From the NCBI GenBank assembly GCA_963816395.1, contig CAWFKQ010000007.1, positions 1-64,000 on the forward strand: a stretch of 64,000 nt of DNA, written 5' to 3'. Position 1 is the first letter of the stretch, and every line of letters starts with the position of its first letter. Made by a program: the position numbers and the translations under genes. This DNA is from an uncultured delta proteobacterium. Lineage in GTDB: Bacteria > Desulfobacterota > Desulfuromonadia > Desulfuromonadales > JACZKF01. The notes beneath the pieces were generated by a model that was not told the DNA's origin, searched no databases, and was given only the letters and a program-made list of their open reading frames with translations. Of this stretch, positions 1 to 9,304 are shown in pieces.

Positions 1-20
1 GACACTAAGGTGCCAGAGAC

Positions 21-1586
21 CTACTCGCGCTCTTTATATACCAGAGTGGCCCTGCACTTCGGATACCTTGGGCAGCCCCAAAATTTCCTGTTCGAATCGC
101 CCCTTTGCCGGGCTGTCATCTTCACCCCACATTGAGGGCAGGTCGGGGTTCGATAATCGCCTTCCAGTGCGACGGTCAGAAGCGCTGTTTGCTTCTCCGG
201 CGACAACTTCCTGATCCAGGCCAGGAATGCTTCGCCGGAAATGAGTTCCAGCCTCTTCTCTTTGGCAAATTCCAGAGCCTCCGCAGTGAACTCGCCGGAG
301 GTGATGAACTTGCCGTTCGCAACTCCCTCCGCTGCCATGACTCCAAAAAGCTCGCGGACGGGCTTCACGCCGACCTTGTAGGTCGTCCAGGCTTTGCATT
401 GAACAATGCCGGCCGGTTTCTCGGAACCGCTTTTGTAGACCCAGATGTCCACACCGCCGTCCGCTCCAATCTTTGTCTCCCGCGGGTCGTAACCGACCAT
501 TCGCAGGTACTCGGAACAGACCGTCTCGAAGCGCTTCCATTTGAGAGAGCGCAGGACCTGGGCAGACCAACCCTGCGGTAATGAGTGGGAGCTGCGCGAT
601 TTGTCCTCTCCCTCCCCAAACCAATTCTCTTCGGCATCATCCGCCCCATGCCAGTCATAATCGCTTCCCTGCCGCGGATTTCGCCTGGACTTCAGTAACT
701 TAAAAAAAACCTGGAGAAGCCATCTTTTCCCTAACACGGGTGTGGCAATGCGGAGCATAAAACCGAGAAAAAGAATGAAATAGCCATACCAGGGGATTGA
801 TTTCAGAACAGAGGAGATAAAAGACGAGGCTGTGAAGGATGGGAATGCTTTTGGAGAAGCAAATGATGGCGATTGGCTCAGGGGTTCTTTAAGTGTTTCA
901 GGGCGGTCATATAGCCCTTCCGCAATTTGCAGCACGCGAACTCGGGCTGCGGCATCACGGACAAGACTTTCCGCCAGTTGATCCATCCGCACCCCATCGT
1001 TGGAGACCCTATTAGCATAGGCTTCATTGAGCAGGTCTTTAAGCGGAGAATACGAATGTGCAGGCGGAATCCGTTTCGCCCATACCTGTTCGGCGTCTAC
1101 TGTGATGGCGGGAATTGTAGCGACGGTAAATTGTGACTTTTCAGGCCGGCTTGACTCGATTCGGAAACCGATTCGGTTTGCCCCATCTGTGATAGTTAAT
1201 GTTCGACTGCGAAAATCATAGGCCTTTTCCAGACTTCCGAATTTCTGCTTCAGTTGGCTTATATTCCAACTCGCGTCAAAAAAGATGGTCGTGTAATTAT
1301 TGACGGCGAGAGCTCCAACTGCACCGAAATATCTGGAGCCGGGGTAATCACGAGCCAGCCGGAGGGCGAACTCGGATTGGATTTTACTGCGGTCGTTACG
1401 CTGAGAAGAATCAACCTCGGCATATAAGTTCTGCAGCAACAACCGATAGGATGCGGCTTTCTCTCTGACCTCCTGCCACATTTTGGCGGTCTCTACAAAT
1501 CCTTGCCCCGTGCTGCCACTGGCATTGGAACAGAGAAGTGAAAAGCAGAAACCGACAAGGAGAATTACAGGTCTCATTTTGCTCAA
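21..1586 (-). CDS. Membrane-anchored Mrr-family restriction endonuclease (signal peptide, exported domain, TM helix, Mrr catalytic domain, C4 zinc ribbon)
   Basis: Mrr motif ADGGVDI...IVQCK...VGVKPVREL...TSGEFT; C-terminal CPQC...FWGCPRYPKC zinc finger; hydrophobic N-terminus; TM segment WYGYFILFLGFML. Start TTG 1586 (overlaps hsdM stop) or ATG 1577. Confidence 0.85.
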   Translation of the reverse strand: MSKMRPVILLVGFCFSLLCSNASGSTGQGFVETAKMWQEVREKAASYRLLLQNLYAEVDSSQRNDRSKIQSEFALRLARDYPGSRYFGAVGALAVNNYTTIFFDASWNISQLKQKFGSLEKAYDFRSRTLTITDGANRIGFRIESSRPEKSQFTVATIPAITVDAEQVWAKRIPPAHSYSPLKDLLNEAYANRVSNDGVRMDQLAESLVRDAAARVRVLQIAEGLYDRPETLKEPLSQSPSFASPKAFPSFTASSFISSVLKSIPWYGYFILFLGFMLRIATPVLGKRWLLQVFFKLLKSRRNPRQGSDYDWHGADDAEENWFGEGEDKSRSSHSLPQGWSAQVLRSLKWKRFETVCSEYLRMVGYDPRETKIGADGGVDIWVYKSGSEKPAGIVQCKAWTTYKVGVKPVRELFGVMAAEGVANGKFITSGEFTAEALEFAKEKRLELISGEAFLAWIRKLSPEKQTALLTVALEGDYRTPTCPQCGVKMTARQRGDSNRKFWGCPRYPKCRATLVYKERE

Positions 1587-3086
1587 TTGGCCGCCTCTTC
1601 AATTTCTCCCCCCAAATCCTCCGCAATCAGCCGGAACTGCTCCAGCGCTGATTCCAGGTCCTGCACGATCTCGGCGGCAATGACCCCCGGCTCGGGCAGA
1701 TTGTCCGAATCCTCCAGCGATTCGTCGCGCAGCCAGAAGATGTCGAGGCTGGCCTTGTCGCGGGCGGTGAGGTCGGCGTAGTCGTAGGCGCGCCAGCGGC
1801 CGGTAGGGTTGGTTTCGGTGCAGGTCGGGGTGCGCTGGTGGCGGTTGGTTGGATTGTAATTAGCGACGAACTCGTCGAGGTCCGCGCGCTTGAGGGGGTT
1901 GGTTTTCAGGGTGAAGTGGATGTTGGTGCGCAGGTCGTAGATCCAGAGCTTCTTCGTCCAGGGCGTCTCGGAGGCCGGCTTGCGGTCGAAGAAGAGGACG
2001 TTCGCCTTGACCCCTTGCGCGTAGAAGAGGCCGGTCGGCAGGCGCAGGAGGGTATGGACGTCGCACTCATGCAGGAGCTTGCGGCGGATCGTCTCCCCTG
2101 CCCCGCCCTCGAAGAGGACGTTGTCGGGGACGACCACGGCGGCGCGGCCGTTCTGCCTGAGCAGGGTCTTGACGTGCTGGACGAAATTGAGCTGCTTGTT
2201 GGAGGTGGTGGCCCAGAAATCGTCGCGCTCGATGATGTCCCGCTCGGTGACGGCCTTGCCGTCCTCGCCGATGATGGTGGTCGAGCTTTTCTTGCCGAAG
2301 GGGGGATTGGTCAGGACGATCTCGTAGCGGTCGCCGGGATCGCTGGCCAGGGAGTCGGCGACGGTCAGCGGCAGGCGGCTGCCGTTGCCGCCGATGCCGT
2401 GCAGCATCAGGTTCATGGCGCACAGCCGCGCCGTGCTCTGCACCAGCTCGCACCCCTGGAAGGTCTCGTCCTTGAGCGCCTTGCGCTCGTCGCTTGGTCA
2501 GGTGCGGATGGTGCTTGACGATGTAGTCGTGGGCGGCGAGGAGAAAGCCGCCGGTGCCGCAGGCCGGGTCGCAGATCTTCTCGCCGGGCCTGGGGGCGAC
2601 GGCGTCGACCATGGCCTGGATCAGCGGCCGGGGGGTGAAGTACTGCCCGGCGCCGGACTTGGTGTCCTGGGCGTTCTTCTCCAGCAGCCCCTCGTAGGCG
2701 TCCCCCTTCACGTCGGCGCTCATGGCCGACCAGTTTTCCTTGTCGATCAGATCGACGATCAGCCGGCGCAGCTTGGCCGGGTCCTGGAATTTGTTCTGCG
2801 ACTTGGCGAAGATCAGGCCGAGCAGCCCCTTTTCGTTGCCGAGGTTTTCCAGGGTATGGCGGTAATGGTCGAAGAGGTCGTCGCCGTCCTTCTTCACCAG
2901 GGTCGGCCAGGCGTACTTTTCCGGCACGGCGCTCTTCTGGCTGTAGGGCGGACGGGTGCGCTCGTCGGCCATCTTGAGGAAGAGCAGATAGGTGAGCTGT
3001 TCGACGTAGTCGCCGTAGCTCATTCCGTCGTCGCGAAGGACGTTGCAGAAGTTCCAGAGTTTTTGGACGATGGCGGCGGGGGTCAT
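1583..3086 (-). CDS. hsdM: Type I RM methyltransferase subunit M (one frameshift near 2492)
   Basis: VQKLWNFCNVLRDDG N-terminus, GQYFTP, DPACGTGG and NPPF motifs; two frames join on removing one base (LTK-DERKALKDETF). Confidence 0.93.
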
Positions 3087-3106
3087 ATATGTGTCCTCGA
3101 TTGCAG

Positions 3107-3126
3107 GGGCGATTCATGAATCGCCC
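3107..3126. repeat. 20-bp perfect palindrome GGGCGATTCATGAATCGCCC (REP-like, second family)
   Basis: Read directly; preceded by GCAG, similar to the GTAG tetranucleotide of REPs. Confidence 0.7.
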
Positions 3127-3171
3127 TGTTTTTGCTGTTGTTTTATGGCAGTTTAAGGTATAGTTTGATGT

Positions 3172-3360
3172 ATGAAAAAATCACTTCTCGAAACGAATCC
3201 CTACCTGAAAAATCCGGACCAGCGCAAGCGCTTGATCCGGCGTTCGGTGGTCTCGTCCTTTGCCATCGAAGGGATCATCCTCAAGGAAAAGGACGACGGT
3301 GTGGTCAAGGAAGAGACGCCGGATTTTACAGGCCGCAGGACTTCAAAGTCCGGTCGATGA
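3172..3360 (+). CDS. Putative Fic antitoxin (FicA/VbhA-like), 62 aa
   Basis: SFAIEG matches the (S/T)xxxE(G/N) inhibitory helix motif; 3' end overlaps fic; TATAGT at 3159-3164 just upstream. Confidence 0.7.
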   Translation: MKKSLLETNPYLKNPDQRKRLIRRSVVSSFAIEGIILKEKDDGVVKEETPDFTGRRTSKSGR

Positions 3361-3976
3361 CTCCGGCGAAAATTTTCTCCATCGGCTGGTAATCCCGATC
3401 CATCCCCGCCCGCACGGCAGCGAAATACTCCTCCCGCTTTTCTCCCTGAAGGTCCGAAAAGTCCAGCGGCGGCAGACCCGCCTGCAGCGCCATCAATACG
3501 GACAGCAGCCGCGCGACCCTGCCGTTGCCTTCGCGAAAAGGATGGATCAGGACCAACTCCACGTGCACCTCAGCCAGCGCCGCTGCGACCTCCTCGGTGC
3601 TGTCGAATCGGCAGGGAGTCAGTCGGGCGAGTTGTTGACTCTCGAACTGGCGCATCAATTCCGGCACATGGGCGGCAGCGGCGAACATGAAGCCTGCCTT
3701 GCCGATATTGACGCTGCGATAGGTGCCGGCCCAGGTGAATACGCCGTCGAGCCAGGACTTGTGGAGCCAGAGGATGTCCTGCGCAGTGAAGCGGTGATCG
3801 GCGTCAAAGCGGGTCACCGCTTCTTCCAGCAGCCGTTCGAATCGCTCTTCTTCGACACGCTCCAGTTCCTCCTTGCTCGTGATGCCGAGCAGGTTTTTCA
3901 GTACCGTACCGTTGGAGCCGGGTTCGTATTGGTCCTCGGGCAGGCTGGAGGTGTCGTAACGATCCGTCGGATTCAC
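3326..3976 (-). CDS. fic: Fic-domain AMPylase (FicT-like toxin)
   Basis: Canonical HPFREGNGRVAR motif; YEPGS..VLKNLLGI N-terminus typical of FicT-like proteins; starts 1 nt after the hsdS stop. Confidence 0.92.
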   Translation of the reverse strand: MNPTDRYDTSSLPEDQYEPGSNGTVLKNLLGITSKEELERVEEERFERLLEEAVTRFDADHRFTAQDILWLHKSWLDGVFTWAGTYRSVNIGKAGFMFAAAAHVPELMRQFESQQLARLTPCRFDSTEEVAAALAEVHVELVLIHPFREGNGRVARLLSVLMALQAGLPPLDFSDLQGEKREEYFAAVRAGMDRDYQPMEKIFAGVIDRTLKSCGL

Positions 3977-3977
3977 A

Positions 3978-5723
3978 TTACGCCTCCAGCCGATACCGAG
4001 CCCCGCGCTTCTCCCCCACCTGCCGCACCTTCCCCCTCCGCTTCAACTCCTGAATCGCCGCATTCCACCGACCGGTGGAGAGCCCGATGGGGTCGACGAT
4101 CTCGGCGCGAGAATATTCGCGACCCGGTTGCATGCGGTTGAGGATGGCGGCGAGGACGGAGTCGAGCGAGATGAAGTCGTCCGAGACGGCGGGTGCGGGT
4201 TTTGTTTCCCGTAGGGGCACAGCATGCTGTGCCCGTTTTGACGATTTGGATTTTGTCCGGGTGTTGGGCACGGCATGCCGTGCCCCTACATTCACATTCG
4301 CCCGTATCCGCTCCAGCAGCACGCTTGCCGGTTCATCGTTGGGGTCCTGGGGGACGAGTTGGCCGGAGAAGGCTTGTTTGAGGATCGATTGGCGCAGGCG
4401 GTCGGCGCGGCGGAGGTTGGCGTCTACCTGGGCTTCAGCCTCGGCGATGATGGAGAGGCGGCGTTCGATTTCGGCGACGATAATTGCTGTTGTTCGGCGA
4501 GCGGCGGGAGCGGGCACAGGCAAATTTTGCAACAGCTCGAGGGTGAAATGCTTGATCGTGCAGCCCGATGAACTCACCGCGCGAATTGCGCCGTTTACAG
4601 CTAAATATTCATGCAGAAAGACGAGAAGCTTCGGAACGTATTCTGACGCAGTACGAACCTTTATCAGAAGGCTTCTTGAACGCTATCTTCCGAAAGTCAT
4701 CCGTGGCCAAACTGCAAGCATGACCCGGTCACCGCCTTCGACAACCAAAACATCGCCAGTCTTGAAGCGAGACCTACGTAGTTTCCTGCTCTTCAAATCG
4801 AACATCCGGATGAGGTCTGTTGTAGTCGAAGCTCGATCTGCAGCGAACGTTTCGATCTCTCGGAAATAAGGGAGCTGATGCCGCAAGACTCGCGCGTTTT
4901 GGTGGTGCATCGTTTACCAACTGATGACACTCCCAAGCTGCTCCACACTCGCCCACACCCACCCCTCCGGCAACCCCGGCAACCCGCTCGTATCCGGCCC
5001 GACCGGCTCCTTGTACTTCCCCTTCCCCGCCGCCTTGCGCCGCTCGGCAAGAATCCGTTCCAGCAGCTTGCCGGCAGGCTCCACATCGGGATGCTGCTTC
5101 CGCCATTCTTCGGTGAGCTTGCCTTCGACGGCAGCCTTGAGGACAGCGGCTTTGTAGCGCTTGAGGTTGGCCTTGACGTGCTTCAGGTTGGCGACGGCTT
5201 CGTCGAGACGGGAGAATTGCTTTTCGATCTCGGCGACGATGCGGGTTTGCTGGGCAATCGTGGGGAGAACAACCGAAAATTCTGAAATTTGCTTCTGACT
5301 AATGGAAGCCATTCCCACAACCTGCTGTGCATTCTGCGAGAAGTGGCGGGCTCCGTTCAAAAGAAGCTGGTAGTTGATAAACCTCGGAAGGGCTACCGTC
5401 GTATCAAGCCTTACCCGAATGTTCTTGCTCTCGAAAACAACCGGCTCCTGCCATTCGGGGATGACGGCGGATTTCCCCACCAACTCACGGCTGTTCACTC
5501 TATTTACAAGCAAGTCCCCCGGAAGCAGCTGATAATCAGAGACTTCCCCAGCGGAAAGCCGCATTCTTTTGACATCGCGCCAGACGATGTTGCCACCCTC
5601 AATGTTGTACATCCGAAGGCATGCCACCCCATCATCGGCATAGACGTTCGCCGGCTTGTAAATTCCGTTCTTCATCGAAACGACGACATCGCCGAGCTTT
5701 GCGGGACTGTAAATCTTGTTCAC
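3978..5723 (-). CDS. hsdS: Type I RM specificity subunit S with C-terminal wHTH-like extension (several indels at ~4490-4920)
   Basis: Conserved IVAEIEKQFSRLD, AVLKAAVEGKLT, LPEGWVW, IVAEIERRLS, SILKQAFSGQLVPQDPNDEPAS; TRD1 intact, TRD2 broken across frames. Confidence 0.88.
4211..4289. repeat. REP doublet (REPIN) in frame inside hsdS
   Basis: GTAGGGGCACAGCATGCTGTGCCC at 4211-4234 and inverted GGGCACGGCATGCCGTGCCCCTAC at 4266-4289. Confidence 0.92.
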
Positions 5724-5755
5724 GCCTTCAATGCCCTATTCCAACAATGAATTTC

Positions 5756-5873
5756 GTAGGGGCACGGCATGCCGTGCCCTGATCATTCCCAATCAACACC
5801 AACCCCGGGCACGATATCCCATGCCCTGATTTCCCGTCCAACCCAAACCGGGCACGGCATGCCGTGCCCCTAC
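5756..5873. repeat. REP array between RAYT and hsdS
   Basis: REP 5756-5779, degenerate copy ~5807-5826, inverted REP 5850-5873. Confidence 0.92.
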
Positions 5874-6394
5874 GGGTGGTTTTCGTCCTGTTCCCATTTG
5901 GCCGGGTTATCGGCGATGTATTGCCGGATGCCGTTCAATTCCCGGTCGTCGCGGATGACCCGTTCGTAATAATTGCGCTGCCATACCGGCGCGCCGGGGT
6001 TGTCGCGCAGGGCGTTGATCCGCTTGGCGGCGGCGGATTTGAATGACCGGATGATGGTCGGCAAGGATCCGGCGACTGGGCGGCCGAACGATTCATCGAT
6101 GCGGGCACGGCATGCCGTGCCCCTACGGTCAATGACGATTATCCCGTGCAGGTGATTCGGCATGACCACGAATTCGTCCAATTCTGCATGCGGGAAATGG
6201 CCGGGAATGTCATTCCAACATTCCTGAACCACCCGCCCTGTTTCGTTCAACCGCTCTACCCCGCCCGCCACCTCACCGAACAGGCATTCGCGACCGGATG
6301 CGCATATTGTCACGAAATAGGCGCCTGCGAGGGAATAATCGTAATCCTGCAGGCGAATGGAACGCCGATGATGAATCTCCGGATTGAATCCCAT
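5870..6394 (-). mobile_element. REP-associated tyrosine transposase (RAYT, HUH Y1 family)
   Basis: HHRRSIRL.DYDYS..GAYFVTIC, VVMPNHLHGI (HUH), WQRNYYERVIR..YI.DNP; purine-rich RBS before ATG 6394; flanked by REPs. Confidence 0.93.
6103..6126. repeat. REP inside the RAYT coding sequence
   Basis: GGGCACGGCATGCCGTGCCCCTAC, translated as RRGTACRA. Confidence 0.9.
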
Positions 6395-6428
6395 CTCCCC
6401 CCTCCGAAAACGGATCATCGCGGATCAC

Positions 6429-6548
6429 GTAGGGGCACGGCATGCCGTGCCCTTGTCTCCGATCTGCATTTCAAACCCGGGCACGGCATGCCGTGCCCTT
6501 GTCTCCGATCTGCATTTCAAACCCGGGCACGGCATGCCGTGCCCCTAC
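6429..6548. repeat. REP array: three palindromes with two identical 26-bp spacers
   Basis: Palindrome GGGCACGGCATGCCGTGCCC x3; spacer TTGTCTCCGATCTGCATTTCAAACCC x2; GTAG/CTAC ends. Confidence 0.95.
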
Positions 6549-9304
6549 GCCGCCAACATATCGTTCAATTCATCAATAATTTTCTGCAGGTCTTCCCCGA
6601 ACAGCTGCCATCCCTTGCCGATTCCGCCTTGCTGCGCAAACGGCGCATAATCGAAATCCTCCGTCTCGATCTGCAGGTTCGCCGCGATATGGTCGCGGAT
6701 CATTTCCAACCACTTGCGCTGCTTGGCGGTGAACTTCCGTCCCCCCTGCTCCTGGTGCCCAATCCACGCCTCGAAATTCACCCGCACCTTCTCCGGATAC
6801 GGCACCAGCTCATTCTCCTGGTGCATGGCAAAGCGCACCAGCGACACCAGATCGGTCAGAATCCGCTTCGCCCCTGCTCCTTTGACCTTCGCCTGGTCGA
6901 GGGCGGCGTAGGCCTGCCAAAGCTGCGACTCGCTGTAGAGATAGGGCGGGCGGTGGATCGCCTCGGCGAGGTCCTTCACGTCCTCGTAGCGCAGCCGCGC
7001 CCGCCAGGGGGCGCTGTAGAGGACCTGCAGGGCGGTGATCTCGTCCTTGTGCTCGGCGATGAACGCCTCGAACGACTGCACCATCCCCTTGGCCTTTTCC
7101 AGCGCGTCCTCGGAAAAGCCGGCCGTGATGACCTCGTCCTGACTGACCGTGTCGATCACCTGCTCGGTGGTCTTCTGCAGTTCGAAGAGGAGGTTGCGCA
7201 GCTCCGGGTTGCAGAGGGGCTTGGCCGCTTCCTGGACGAGCTTGCGGCGGTCGGATTCCCCCTCCGCCGCGTCCGGGTCGATGCTGCGGATGAGGTCGCC
7301 AGTCAGTTCCTTCAGCGGCTTGCCGGCGAGCTTCCGCACCTGCGCCTGCTGGGGTTCGCTCAGCTTTTTCTCGAGCCGCGCCAGGCGACCGGCGACGGAC
7401 GATATCACGTCGGGGTGGGTGTTGCCCAGCGCCACCGCCTGCAGCAGCTTCTCCAGGGAGACGGTCGGCTTCTTCTCCAGCGGCCGGGAGTCGGTCTTGT
7501 CCTGCTCGCAGACGCCGACGGCGTCGACGATGACGAAGTGGGTCTTGGCCTCGGCGTCGGGGGTGACCGATTTCAGGTCGTCGCTCTTGATCACCCGCAC
7601 TCCGCGCCCCTTCATCTGCTCGAAGAAGCCGCGCGACTTGACCGCCCGCATGAAGAAGACGATCTCCAGCGGCTTGATGTCGGTGCCGGTGGCGATCATG
7701 TCGACGGTGACGGCGATGCGCGGCAGGGGGCTGGTGCGGAACTCGGCGATCAGCTCCTCGGGCTTGCGGCCGGTGGTCTTGTAGGTGATCTTCTGGGCGA
7801 AGTCGTTCCCCTTGCCGAACTCCTCGCGCACGATCTGCACGATGTCGTCGGCGTGGGAGTCGTCCTTGGCGAAGATCAGTGTCTTGGGCACCCAAGTGCG
7901 GCCGGGGAAGATTTCGGTGAGGACCTTGTCGCGGAAGGTGCGGATGACGGTGCGGATCTGGTCGGGGGCGACCACGTCACGGTCGAGCTGGTTGGGGTCG
8001 TAGGCGAACTCGTCGTCGAGCTGCTGCCAGCGCACGGCGCGGGTCTCGCGGTCGCGCAGGTCGACGTAATGACCGGACTCAACCCTTGAGCCGCCCTGGG
8101 TGATTTTTGTGCGGATGCGGTAGACGTCGTAGTTGACATTGACCCCGTCGGCCACCGCCTGCTCGTGGGGATACTCCATGACCAGGTTCTGGTGGAAGAA
8201 GCCGAAGGTCTGCTTGCTCGGCGTGGCGGTCAGGCCGATGAGGAAGGCGTCGAAATAATCGAGCACCTGCCGCCAGAGGTTGTAGATGGAGCGGTGGCAC
8301 TCGTCGGTGACGATGACATCGAAGGTCTCAGGCGGAATGAGCGGGTTGTACTCGACCGGCGCCGCCGCCTTGAACAGCCCCGCCACCCCCTCGCCGGAGA
8401 TCTCGTCAGCCTCTTCCGGCAGCTCCTCGCCGCGCAGCTGCGCGTACAGGCGCTGGATGGTGCCGATGCAGACCCGGGCCGCTTTGTCTACCGTCGTTCC
8501 CTGGAGATGTTGGACGATGTATTCCTCGGTGAACTTGTACGGCGTGTGCGGCGACTGGAACTGCTGGAACTCCTTCAGCGTCTGCCGCCCGAGGTTGGCC
8601 CGGTCGACCAGGAAGAGCACCCGCCGGGCGCCGCCGAACTTTATCAGGCGGTAGATGAAATTGACGGCGGTGAAGGTCTTCCCCGATCCGGTCGCCATCT
8701 GGATCAGCGCTCGGGGGCGATTTTCGGCGAGGGACTTCTCCAGGTTGGCGATCGCCCTGATCTGCGCCGGCCAGAGGTTGTCGGTGATGAGGGGTGGCAT
8801 CTGGTGGAGGCGGGATCGCAGGGTATTGAAGGGGATATAGCCGTCAGGCCGAAAAGAAACCCTCTCTTTATCAACTTCGTCCTTAAGGCTGAGCCATTCG
8901 GCCAAGGTCTTCGGTCGATGAAAGGCAAAGACCGGGCGGGAGCGAGGATCGGGGTCGAGGCCGCTGGTGAAACGCGTCTCGATGCCTGTTGACTGGTAGG
9001 AAAAAGGAAGCGGGTTGTGCCAGGCGGGAAGGCCGGGCGGCAAACCCTTGGTGTAGCGCTCGGCCTGGATCTCCACCCCGGTCAGGGTAACGCCGGCCTT
9101 CTTCGCCTCGATCACCCCGGCGGCCTGGCCGTCGACATACAGCAGGTAGTCGGCGAAGCCATAGCCGGGCAGCGGAAATTCCCGCAGCGCCACCCCACGG
9201 CCGGCATAAGGGTTGGCCGCCTTGTAGTCCTGCACCACCCATCCGGCGGCTTTCAGAAGCTGATCGATCTTCTGCCTGGCTTCCTGCTCCGGTGCCGGAG
9301 TCAT
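6545..9304 (-). CDS. hsdR: Type I RM restriction subunit R
   Basis: ADY...IEAK nuclease motif, MATGSGKT, DECH, TATP, QMKGRGVR helicase motifs; EcoEI-type C-terminus; 919 aa intact. Confidence 0.96.
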   Translation of the reverse strand: MTPAPEQEARQKIDQLLKAAGWVVQDYKAANPYAGRGVALREFPLPGYGFADYLLYVDGQAAGVIEAKKAGVTLTGVEIQAERYTKGLPPGLPAWHNPLPFSYQSTGIETRFTSGLDPDPRSRPVFAFHRPKTLAEWLSLKDEVDKERVSFRPDGYIPFNTLRSRLHQMPPLITDNLWPAQIRAIANLEKSLAENRPRALIQMATGSGKTFTAVNFIYRLIKFGGARRVLFLVDRANLGRQTLKEFQQFQSPHTPYKFTEEYIVQHLQGTTVDKAARVCIGTIQRLYAQLRGEELPEEADEISGEGVAGLFKAAAPVEYNPLIPPETFDVIVTDECHRSIYNLWRQVLDYFDAFLIGLTATPSKQTFGFFHQNLVMEYPHEQAVADGVNVNYDVYRIRTKITQGGSRVESGHYVDLRDRETRAVRWQQLDDEFAYDPNQLDRDVVAPDQIRTVIRTFRDKVLTEIFPGRTWVPKTLIFAKDDSHADDIVQIVREEFGKGNDFAQKITYKTTGRKPEELIAEFRTSPLPRIAVTVDMIATGTDIKPLEIVFFMRAVKSRGFFEQMKGRGVRVIKSDDLKSVTPDAEAKTHFVIVDAVGVCEQDKTDSRPLEKKPTVSLEKLLQAVALGNTHPDVISSVAGRLARLEKKLSEPQQAQVRKLAGKPLKELTGDLIRSIDPDAAEGESDRRKLVQEAAKPLCNPELRNLLFELQKTTEQVIDTVSQDEVITAGFSEDALEKAKGMVQSFEAFIAEHKDEITALQVLYSAPWRARLRYEDVKDLAEAIHRPPYLYSESQLWQAYAALDQAKVKGAGAKRILTDLVSLVRFAMHQENELVPYPEKVRVNFEAWIGHQEQGGRKFTAKQRKWLEMIRDHIAANLQIETEDFDYAPFAQQGGIGKGWQLFGEDLQKIIDELNDMLAA

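Noticed and set aside
5870..6394. IS200/IS605 insertion sequence
   Set aside because: No tnpB; multiple REP palindromes and the sequence motifs fit a RAYT better.
6429..6548. CRISPR array
   Set aside because: Spacers are identical, repeats are 20-bp perfect palindromes with GTAG ends next to a RAYT, and no cas genes are present.
6146..8089. 647-aa plus-strand ORF
   Set aside because: Antisense shadow of hsdR in GC-rich DNA; no recognisable motifs.
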